64,000 bases of DNA, taken from contig CAWAIF010000003.1 of assembly GCA_963782055.1 (NCBI GenBank), forward strand, positions 3,616,001 to 3,680,000, in the 5' to 3' direction. A program made the translations under genes and the position numbers. The stretch comes from an uncultured delta proteobacterium (GTDB lineage: Bacteria; Myxococcota_A; Polyangia; Polyangiales; Polyangiaceae). Each line of letters begins with the position of its first letter. Positions within the stretch are counted from its first letter, which is position 1. The notes beneath the pieces were generated by a model. That model did no database searches. It was given only the letters and a program-made list of their open reading frames with translations, and had not been told where the DNA came from. Below, piece after piece: positions 56,401 to 64,000 of this stretch.

Positions 56401-58491
56401 CTACTTCGGAGAGGCGGCGCAGCGCATCCCGATTCCGTAGCTGCGGTTGTCGGGCTGGAAATGGAAGCGGAAGGTGGGGCGCACCCACGAGGGATCGCTG
56501 CCGTTCCACGAGCCGCCGCGGGCCACGCGATCCTCGCCATCCTTGGGGCCTGTCGGGTCCTTCTGCGCGTCCTTCGTGTAGGGCGCGAAGTAGTCGCCGG
56601 TCCACTCCCAGACGTTGCCGTCGACGTCCATCAGGCCGTAGCGCGACTTGCCGTCGGGAAAGGAGCCGACGGGCGCAGTGGTGGCGAAGCCGTCGTCGTC
56701 GTTGAACATGGAAGCGAACGTCACCTGCCCGTCGACCTTGTTCTTCTTGCCCCACGCGACGCACTCGGCGCCGCACGCGTTGAGGAAGCGCGCGCTCGGT
56801 GGGTCGTCGCCCCAGGGGTAGGCGCGGCCGTCGGGACCGCGCGCGGCGAACTCCCACTGCGCCTCCGTCGGCAGGTGACCGCCCTGGACCTTGCAGTAGT
56901 TGGCCGCCATCTCCCAGTCGACGCAGTTGATGGGGTGACGGGCCTTGCCCGCGGGCTCGCGGATGTTGCAGAGCGGGTCGAGCACCTCCGACAGGTGGGG
57001 TGTCAGGCCGGCGAAGACGTTCTTGCGGCCGGCGGGCGGGCACTTGCCCACGTCGCTGCACGCCTTGTAGGCCTCCGTCGTGACCTCGGTCGCGTCGATG
57101 CAGTAGGGCGTCAGCGCCACGTGGTGCGCCGGCTTCTCGTTTTCCTTGGCGGCGGCGTCGGTGGAGCCCATGAAGAACTCCCCGCCGGTGATGTAGATCA
57201 TGCCCTTCGGGCACGTCGGCTTGGTGGGCACGGGCGGCGTCACCGCCACCGGCGCGCTGGAGGCGGCGGGAGGGGTGGCGTCCTTGCTGTGGTGGGTCAG
57301 GCCGAGGTACGCGCCCACTCCCCCCAGCACCACGACGAGCCCGGCGACGGCGAAGAGCCATCCCTTGCCGCCGCTCCGCGGCGTGGTCGGGAGCACGGGG
57401 GTGCTCGTCATCGACGGCATGGACGCGCCGGTGGTGCCGGGCGAGCCGGTCACGCCGCCGAGCTCGGCCACCGAGATCGTCCTGTCGGTGGTGATCGACG
57501 AGGAGACGGGCGACGCCGGCACGGGCATGGGCCCGGTGTCCGCCAGCGTCGCTCGCATGGGCTTCATCGCGAGCTCGCCGCGCAGGGCGTTCCAGAATTC
57601 GCCGGCGCTCTGGAAGCGCTCCTCCGGGACCACCGCGAGCGCCTTCTGGAAGATGGCCTCCACGCCGTCGCTGACCGTCGCGCCCAGTGTGCGCGGCGTG
57701 GGACGGCGGGTCTTGTCGGCGGACGCGTAGCCGAGCTGGACGAAGCTGTCGCCCTCCAGCGGATCGCGCTGCGTGAGCACCTCCGTCGCGACGAGGGCGA
57801 GGGCGAAGACGTCGGTCCAGGGGCCTGTGGCGCCGTGGGTGCGCGAGAACTGCTCCGGCGCGCCGTACGCCGGCGTGAAGGAGGTGACCTGCCCGCTCGT
57901 CTTGTTGAAGGAGCCGGCGAGCTTCTGCGCGTCCTGGACCACCTTGGCGATGCCGAAGTCCAGGAGCTTGACGGAGAAGCCCTGCGAGCGCGGGTCGCCG
58001 ATGATGAAGATGTTGGGGGGCTTGACGTCGCGATGGGCGATGCCGCGCCGGTGCGCGAGCGCCAGCGCCTCGGCGACCGGATCGAGAAGGTGCACGGTCT
58101 GCGCCACGTCGCGCGGGGCGAGGCCCTTCTGCTTCTCCGCGCTGATGACGGCCTCGAGCGAGGCGCCGTCCAGCCACTCCAGGACCATGTAGGGCACCCA
58201 GTCGCCCTTGGGGGTCGTGACGGTGCCGATGTCGCGCGCCTGAACGATGGCGACGGAGCGCTCCGAAAGGTCGGCGAGGAGCGCGCCCTCCTGGATGAAG
58301 CCCTGCACGAGGCGATCCCGCTCCTCGGCGCCGAAGTCGGAGAGGGCGCGGAAGGCCTTGATGGCGACCGGCCGCTTGAAGATGAGGTGCTGGGCCCGGT
58401 ACACGACGGCGAACCCGCCCTCGCCGACGACGCTCTCGATCTCGTATTTGTCGTCGATCTTCGTGCCGATCAGGCCAAGGGGATCATCCAT
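56401..58491 (-). CDS. Ser/Thr protein kinase, TM, formylglycine-generating-enzyme (SUMF1) domain
   Basis: GEGGFAVVY, AIK, HRDVKPPN, DFG, APE; FFMGS, LPTEAQWEFAARG, GNVWEW, RGGSW, GMRCA. Confidence 0.95.
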   Translation of the reverse strand: MDDPLGLIGTKIDDKYEIESVVGEGGFAVVYRAQHLIFKRPVAIKAFRALSDFGAEERDRLVQGFIQEGALLADLSERSVAIVQARDIGTVTTPKGDWVPYMVLEWLDGASLEAVISAEKQKGLAPRDVAQTVHLLDPVAEALALAHRRGIAHRDVKPPNIFIIGDPRSQGFSVKLLDFGIAKVVQDAQKLAGSFNKTSGQVTSFTPAYGAPEQFSRTHGATGPWTDVFALALVATEVLTQRDPLEGDSFVQLGYASADKTRRPTPRTLGATVSDGVEAIFQKALAVVPEERFQSAGEFWNALRGELAMKPMRATLADTGPMPVPASPVSSSITTDRTISVAELGGVTGSPGTTGASMPSMTSTPVLPTTPRSGGKGWLFAVAGLVVVLGGVGAYLGLTHHSKDATPPAASSAPVAVTPPVPTKPTCPKGMIYITGGEFFMGSTDAAAKENEKPAHHVALTPYCIDATEVTTEAYKACSDVGKCPPAGRKNVFAGLTPHLSEVLDPLCNIREPAGKARHPINCVDWEMAANYCKVQGGHLPTEAQWEFAARGPDGRAYPWGDDPPSARFLNACGAECVAWGKKNKVDGQVTFASMFNDDDGFATTAPVGSFPDGKSRYGLMDVDGNVWEWTGDYFAPYTKDAQKDPTGPKDGEDRVARGGSWNGSDPSWVRPTFRFHFQPDNRSYGIGMRCAASPK

Positions 58492-58749
58492 CTCGAGCTC
58501 GTGTCAGGCCATACGCCGCGCCGCGGCGGCGAGTTTCGACGCGCCGCAAAACGTGGGGGAGAGCATCCTACACCGGCGAGCTGCCGAGGGCGGCATTTCC
58601 CTGCGGCCGTCGGCGCGGGCTGCAGGCTCCTCGCGCGCATCACGTCCGGCTCGCAGACGGCGCTCCGGGGCGGGATCCCCGACGTCGACTCCAACGACGA
58701 CGGATACTGTGGGATCGGTGGCTTTCAGGACGCAGGCGTCGCCGTCGTC

Positions 58750-58778
58750 TTGACAAAGGGCGCGGGTTTGGGCAGCTT
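58750..58778 (+). promoter_or_regulatory. sigma70-type promoter of tRNA-Phe
   Basis: TTGACA-17 nt-CAGCTT, 32 nt upstream of the tRNA. Confidence 0.55.
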
Positions 58779-58810
58779 CCGCAGCCCTCGCCGGTCGCGG
58801 CAGGACCCAC

Positions 58811-58883
58811 GCCCAGGTAGCTCAGTCGGTAGAGCAGGGGATTGAAAATCCCCGTGTCGGCGGTTCGATTCCGTCCCTGGGCA
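58811..58883 (+). tRNA. tRNA-Phe (GAA)
   Basis: GCCCAGG/CCTGGGC acceptor; anticodon arm GGGGA-TTGAAAA-TCCCC; GGTTCGATTCC T-arm. Confidence 0.97.
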
Positions 58884-58956
58884 CCGCTGCTCGAGACCGC
58901 ACGCCCCTCACACCGGGATGGGCGTGCGCGGGCGGAGCGCGGGAGGGTCTCGAGGT

Positions 58957-59511
58957 TCACCTCCCCACCCCGGTGCGCAGGACCCGCTGCGCGTACGGCT
59001 CCGGCAGCCCCTGGGGGAAGCGGGCGTACTGGTAGAGGGCGCCCAGACCGTCGCGCTGGACGCTCACCACGCGATGGGGGTCGACGGCGGCGGTGGTGAC
59101 GACCGTGGTGGAGAGGACCGCCCACGACGGCCCGCTGAAGACGAAGAAGAGGCCGTGCGTGAGCGCGGAGAGCGTGCCCACCACGCCCGTCGCGGTCAGG
59201 GCGCCCACGAGCGCGCCGTTGGAGTAGAGCGGCACGTGCACGCTGGTGATCATGGAGGCCGGCACGCGGAAGACGCGCTGGCCGTCGAGCACCACCAGCG
59301 CGTCGCGATCGGCGGCGAGCAGCTCGCCTCCCAGACGGAAGCCGTCCGCGCCCTGGATGCTGACGTGGTAGCCCTTCACCGGCACATCCCCCACGTCCAT
59401 CGCGGCAGGGTGGCCGGGGGGCGTCTCCGCGCGGCTGAGCGGCGCGCCGCCCCCGCACGCGGCGAGCGCGAGGGCGCCCGGCAGCAGCAGCGCTCCCCTC
59501 CCCCTCACCAT
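58957..59511 (-). CDS. Hypothetical lipoprotein with internal hydrophobic hairpin
   Basis: Lipobox ALAAC; Sm-like GELLA segment; C-terminal YARFPQGLP. Confidence 0.72.
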   Translation of the reverse strand: MVRGRGALLLPGALALAACGGGAPLSRAETPPGHPAAMDVGDVPVKGYHVSIQGADGFRLGGELLAADRDALVVLDGQRVFRVPASMITSVHVPLYSNGALVGALTATGVVGTLSALTHGLFFVFSGPSWAVLSTTVVTTAAVDPHRVVSVQRDGLGALYQYARFPQGLPEPYAQRVLRTGVGR

Positions 59512-61055
59512 CGCTTCACCCGGCTCTGCCAGAAGACGCGGTCCATGTCCGGCTCGATCGCCTTGAACCTCGGCGCCAGCGTCTTCATCGCCGCCGCCGG
59601 GTTGAAGACGAGCTGGGTGGCCGCGGTCTGGTCCTCGTCGCGGAGCCACTCCTCGCGCATCCACTCGTAGTAGTACCCGCGCGACTCCAGGAAGAGCTCG
59701 CTCTCGCCCGCGGGCAGGTCGAAGTGCAGGGTGTAGGCGTCGCCGGGCATGGTGGTGAGGTGCGCGCCGCCGGGCATCAGCTCCGCCTTCGCGCGCGGGT
59801 CAGGCTCGCCCTTGTGCAGCACCACGCGCGGGGAGAGCGCGACGGGTGTCACCGGGTCGCCGAGCGAGGCGAGCGCGAGCTGGTCCAGCCGCCAGTTTCC
59901 ACGGGTCATCGTCAGACGGATTTGGAGCTCGCCCCCTTCGCGCGAGGCGTCGTCGGGCAGCACGACGAGCTGCGCCTCCCGCGCGATGGGGCCCACCTCG
60001 GCGAAGCTGCCGGCGCGCACGAAGGCGCCGCTGGTGGTCCGCACCGAGACCTCCACGTCGCCCAGGATGCTCCCCAGCCCGGCGAACGCCGCCCGTCCGC
60101 GCCGCTCGAGCAAGGTCATCCAGTCGGCCACGTGGTGCCCCATGAAGGCGAGGCCCTGGTAGAAGAGGAAGGTGTTGAGCAGGCTGTTGCGGCCGACGAC
60201 GAGCACGCCGACGCGCCCGCCGCGCGCGGGGAAGCGCACCTCCAGCGTCTCCTTCTGCGCGAGGTCGGTCGGGCTGGCGGGTGACTTGTACTCGTCGCCG
60301 TCGGTCGCGCGGAGCTTCGCGGTGACGTCGCCGGACTCCGCCACCACGCGCGACGGCGGCGCCATGTTGGTCGCCGGGTAGTAGACATCCCCCGCGCGCA
60401 GCACGCGGCCGCCCGGGGGGCGCCGGGCGGCGAGCACGCGCACCGAGTCGACGACGTGCGTCTCCAGGGCGTCGTTGGTCATGACCACCTTCAGGTCGCG
60501 GCCCTTCGGCGCGGCGGTCCACATCGCGTCCACGTCGGTCGCCTCGAGAGACCGGGCGATGCTCGACGAGAACCCCTCCGCCTGCAGCACCATGCCGTGG
60601 CCGTCGTCGGCGAAGAAGGTCGGGCAGGAGCCGAAGCACGCCTTGGTGTTGGAGAGGCAGTACGCGGTGAGGGCGAGGGAGAGGCCGGTGCCCACGGCCA
60701 GGGCGGCGACCTGCTCGGCGCCTCGCTGGACCTCGTAAGGGCGGTTGGTCTCGAAGAGGGCGACGTCGGCGAGGCGCACGGCCTGCGGGCCGGCGGCGCC
60801 GACCTGCAGGCGATCCATGTCGTACCGGACGCCGTGCCCGCTGGCGTAGCCGGCGGCGTCGTCGATGGTCCACCTGTCGAGCACGACGACGTCGCCGTTC
60901 TTCATGTGGCACTTCAGGAAGGGCGCACTCCAGGCGTCCGGCGGCATCGTGCCGACCTTGGACGGCGCGACGAAGTGAGCCTGATACGTCGTGTGCGAGC
61001 AGGCCGAGAGGCCCAGCGCGGCCAGGAGCAGGACGACGGCCGGCGGGCTGTGCAT
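59505..61055 (-). CDS. Hypothetical large lipoprotein with CFGSCP motif
   Basis: Lipobox LSAC; internal hydrophobic helix then KACFGSCPTFF; beta-rich remainder ending FLESRGYYYEW. Confidence 0.78.
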   Translation of the reverse strand: MHSPPAVVLLLAALGLSACSHTTYQAHFVAPSKVGTMPPDAWSAPFLKCHMKNGDVVVLDRWTIDDAAGYASGHGVRYDMDRLQVGAAGPQAVRLADVALFETNRPYEVQRGAEQVAALAVGTGLSLALTAYCLSNTKACFGSCPTFFADDGHGMVLQAEGFSSSIARSLEATDVDAMWTAAPKGRDLKVVMTNDALETHVVDSVRVLAARRPPGGRVLRAGDVYYPATNMAPPSRVVAESGDVTAKLRATDGDEYKSPASPTDLAQKETLEVRFPARGGRVGVLVVGRNSLLNTFLFYQGLAFMGHHVADWMTLLERRGRAAFAGLGSILGDVEVSVRTTSGAFVRAGSFAEVGPIAREAQLVVLPDDASREGGELQIRLTMTRGNWRLDQLALASLGDPVTPVALSPRVVLHKGEPDPRAKAELMPGGAHLTTMPGDAYTLHFDLPAGESELFLESRGYYYEWMREEWLRDEDQTAATQLVFNPAAAMKTLAPRFKAIEPDMDRVFWQSRVKRW

Positions 61056-61162
61056 GCCACGAGGGTATGCCGCCCCGCCCGCGCCGGCCAGACCGCACGG
61101 GTCACGGAAGCTTGACCGGCTCGGCTTGAGGGGCGCGGCCGTTCGTGGCATTCCGTCGCGTC

Positions 61163-62758
61163 ATGGCCGCGAAGGTGAACCACTACGACGTCATCGTCAT
61201 CGGGGGCGGACACAACGGCCTGGTCACCGCCGGCCTGCTCGCCAAGAAGGGCCGGCGCGTGGTGCTGCTGGAGCGGCGAGAGGAGGTCGGCGGCGCGGCG
61301 ATCACGCAGCAGCCGTGGGGCCCCGACTTCAAGATGACCACGCTCTCTTACGTGGTCAGCCTCATGCCGCCCACCGTCCTGCGCGAGCTGGAGCTCGAGC
61401 GCCACGGCTACCACGTCTACCCGCAGCACGGGTACTTCGCCCCGCAGCCGGACGGCCGCTACCTGATGATGGCGGACGACGCGCAGCGGCGACACGACGA
61501 GATCGCCAAGTTCTCGAAGAAGGACGCCGACGCGATGGTGGCGTGGGACGCCTGGCTGGGGCGCCTCGGCCAGGTGCTTGGCCCGGTGCTGACGATGATC
61601 CCGCCCGAGCTCGGATCGCGGAAGCTCGGCGACGTGATGGCGCAGCTCGGCCTGGGCTGGAAGCTGCGCGAGCTTCGCCCGCGCGACGTGGCGGACGTGA
61701 CGCGCCTGATGACGATGAGCATCGCCGACCTGCTGGAGGAGCGCTTCGAGTCGCCGCAGATGCGCGGCGTGCTCTCGGTGAGCGGGGTCATCGGCACCTG
61801 GGCCGGGCCGCGCTCCCCGGGCACGGCGTACGTGATGGCGCACCACAAGATCGGCGACGTGGGCGACGGGCAGATGGGCTCGTGGGGCTTCCCGCGCGGT
61901 GGCATGGGCGGCGTGACGCAGGCCATGCGAAAGGCCGCCGAGTCCTTCGGCGCCACGGTGCGGACGGGCGCGCCGGTCGCGAAGATCCTGGTCACCGGCG
62001 GGCGCGCGCACGGCGTGGCGCTGGAGAGCGGCGAGGAGCTGGCCGCGAGCGTCATCGTCACGACGACGCACCCCAAGATCGCCTTCCTGAAGCATGTAGA
62101 GCGCAAGGATCTCCCGGAGGACTTCGTCACCGCCATCGAGCGGTGGAAGACGCGCAGCGGGACGGTGAAGGTGAACCTGGCGCTGGACCGCCTGCCCGAG
62201 TTCGCGTCCAGGCCGGGCTACGATCCGGAGGTTCACGGCGGCACCATCGTGCTGGCGCAGTCGCTCGAGGACGTGGAGGGAGCCTTCCAGGACGCGGTGG
62301 CGGGGCGCGCGGCGCGAAGGCCCTTCGCCGACATCTGCATCCCCAGCGTCTTCGACGACTCGCTCGCCCCGGAGGGCAAGCACGTGATGAGCATGTTCAC
62401 GCAGTGGGTGCCGCACACCTGGGCACAGGAGCCGGACCCCGCGGAGCTGGAGGCTTACGCGGACCGGGTGATCGCTCGCGTGGAGGAGGTGGCGCCCGGC
62501 TTCACCCGCTCCATCCTTCACAGGCAGGTCGTCGGCCCGCACCAGATGGAGCACGAGTATGGCCTGATCGGCGGCAACATCTTCCACGGCGAGCTCTCCG
62601 TCGCGCAGCTGTTCCACATGCGACCGGCGCCCGGGTACGCCGACTTCCGCACGCCCATCCGCGGCCTGTACCAGGCGTCCTCGGCCACGCACGGCGGGGG
62701 CGGCGTGACCGGCATCCCTGCGCTGCAGGTGGTGAAGCAGGTGCTCGCGGGGCGGTAG
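61163..62758 (+). CDS. Phytoene-dehydrogenase-like FAD oxidoreductase (CrtI/PYROXD2-like)
   Basis: IGGGHNGL, VGGAA, PRGGMG, GGNIFHG, THGGGGVTGIP. Confidence 0.9.
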   Translation: MAAKVNHYDVIVIGGGHNGLVTAGLLAKKGRRVVLLERREEVGGAAITQQPWGPDFKMTTLSYVVSLMPPTVLRELELERHGYHVYPQHGYFAPQPDGRYLMMADDAQRRHDEIAKFSKKDADAMVAWDAWLGRLGQVLGPVLTMIPPELGSRKLGDVMAQLGLGWKLRELRPRDVADVTRLMTMSIADLLEERFESPQMRGVLSVSGVIGTWAGPRSPGTAYVMAHHKIGDVGDGQMGSWGFPRGGMGGVTQAMRKAAESFGATVRTGAPVAKILVTGGRAHGVALESGEELAASVIVTTTHPKIAFLKHVERKDLPEDFVTAIERWKTRSGTVKVNLALDRLPEFASRPGYDPEVHGGTIVLAQSLEDVEGAFQDAVAGRAARRPFADICIPSVFDDSLAPEGKHVMSMFTQWVPHTWAQEPDPAELEAYADRVIARVEEVAPGFTRSILHRQVVGPHQMEHEYGLIGGNIFHGELSVAQLFHMRPAPGYADFRTPIRGLYQASSATHGGGGVTGIPALQVVKQVLAGR

Positions 62759-62967
62759 CTCGGGGTGACGGTGGTCGGACGCGGCACATGAATGCGCGTC
62801 ACCCACCCTGCGACGAAGTGTGGGCGCGCAGGACGACGCCTCATCCTGAACGAAGTCCCCGCCTCTGGGGACCGTCCTGTCCCGCCCCCGACCCGATCGC
62901 CGATTGGGGCGGGACGACTCCATTCTGCGGCCCAGGGCCCCTTTCCAGACAGCGTGCGGAGGGAAAC

Positions 62968-63456
62968 GTGAGCGCGAAACTTCTCGCTTCGATGGTCGTG
63001 GTTTGTCTCGCGGGTGCCGGGTGCGCCTACGGCGTCCAGAGCTTCGACGACGGCGGGCCGCACGCCAAGGCGCAGGACGCCGGCGCGACCAAGGACGCCG
63101 GGCACCTGGTCACCTCCGACGCCGGCACCACGCAGGACTCCGGCCACGTCGCCGACGACTCCGGGGTCTTCGACCCGCCCGACACCGGGCCGCTCTGCAG
63201 CCTCTCGCTCCCCACCGGGCTGCAGGCGTGCGACGACTGCCTCGGCACGAGCTGCTGCAACGAGGACAACGGGTGCGGCCAGAACCAGGACTGCACCGCC
63301 TTCCTCACGTGCCTCGACGCCTGCTTCCCGCTGGACGGCGGCGCGCCGGACCAAACGTGCGCCGACGCCTGCTCCACCGACTACCCGCAGGGGATGCAGG
63401 AGTTCGACCAGCTCTCCACGTGCATGCAGTCCTTCTGCAACAACGAGTGCCAGTGA
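62968..63456 (+). CDS. Cys-rich lipoprotein with DAG/DSG linker
   Basis: Lipobox GAGC; repeated DAG/DSG; helical disulfide module (CDDCLGTSCC...CLDAC...CADAC...CMQSFC). Confidence 0.78.
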   Translation: MSAKLLASMVVVCLAGAGCAYGVQSFDDGGPHAKAQDAGATKDAGHLVTSDAGTTQDSGHVADDSGVFDPPDTGPLCSLSLPTGLQACDDCLGTSCCNEDNGCGQNQDCTAFLTCLDACFPLDGGAPDQTCADACSTDYPQGMQEFDQLSTCMQSFCNNECQ

Positions 63457-63469
63457 GGCGAGCGCAGCG

Positions 63470-64000
63470 TCACGCGCCGGCGCGCAGCTCCGCGAGCTTG
63501 CGGGTGGCCGCGGGATCGCCGGTGTGCGAGGCGACGCGCTCCAGGTAGTCGATGGCCGCGGCGCGCTCACCCGCCTCCAGCAGCACGTGGACGGCGATCT
63601 CCACGCCGGGCAGGTAGCCCTGCGGCATCGTCTGCAGGGTGGCGAGGGCGGAGCGAGGATCGCCGTCGAGGCACTGGCCCATGGCGACGACCTCCGTCGC
63701 GTGAGCCTGCAGCTGCGGCGTGCGCGCCTGCGTGCGGGCGCGGCTACCCTCGCGGATCATCTCGGAGGCGTTCTTCGTGGCGAGCCACTGGGGGTAGCCC
63801 TCGTCCAGGCGCTTGCGCCAGATCTCGTCCTCCCGCGTGCGGAGGCGGGCGCGCAGGGCCTGGACGTTCTGGAAGGTGAACATGCCCAGGATGGCCGCCA
63901 TCCAGAGGCTGTGCATCAGCGCCCCGCCGATGGTGAGCAGACCACCGAGCAGGATGGAGACGCCGCGCGCGCCCAGCTCCGGATCGCCCAGCCCGGTGAT
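63470..64000 (-). CDS. 3' part of a membrane protein with TPR-like tail (possibly site-2 protease family); 5' end outside window
   Basis: Frame is open to the window edge; TM helices then helical repeats; no catalytic motif visible. Confidence 0.55.
   Translation of the reverse strand: MTGLGDPELGARGVSILLGGLLTIGGALMHSLWMAAILGMFTFQNVQALRARLRTREDEIWRKRLDEGYPQWLATKNASEMIREGSRARTQARTPQLQAHATEVVAMGQCLDGDPRSALATLQTMPQGYLPGVEIAVHVLLEAGERAAAIDYLERVASHTGDPAATRKLAELRAGA

Noticed and set aside
62760..62967. Structured ncRNA or riboswitch in the intergenic region
   Set aside because: Two GC hairpins (GTCCCC/GGGGAC and GTCCCGCCCC/GGGGCGGGAC) are present but match no family I recognise; an Rfam/Infernal scan would be needed.

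Overview
High-GC bacterial chromosomal segment. Gene content and style (Tgl-like TPR lipoprotein, MYXO-CTERM protease, Ser/Thr kinase-FGE fusion, DUF2378-like protein, Cys-rich lipoproteins with DAG/DGG linkers, mevalonate pathway) point to a myxobacterium, probably Polyangiales (inference). About 60 CDS and two tRNAs (Leu-GAG, Phe-GAA); no integrase, transposase, CRISPR array or rRNA seen. Main highlight: a ~9 kb cluster (2.4-11.5 kb) with five c-type cytochromes (57 CxxCH plus 6 CX3CH/CX4CH motifs, counted by hand), a predicted outer-membrane beta-barrel carrying a 1-nt frameshift, and a NapC/NirT-type quinol dehydrogenase. Together these look like a complete porin-cytochrome extracellular electron transfer conduit, including a 27-heme membrane-anchored wire and back-to-back sigma54 promoter motifs. 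Other notable items: a mevalonate operon running straight into nfeD, two flotillins and a sensor-less kinase; a tandem palindromic in-frame insert in HMG-CoA reductase; a MoxR/DUF58/VWA operon led by a Gln/Gly-repeat protein; and a sigma54 module converging on an unusually long carotenoid-desaturase-like flavoprotein. All family calls come from motif recognition by eye, not database searches. Several starts were re-chosen relative to the ORF track.
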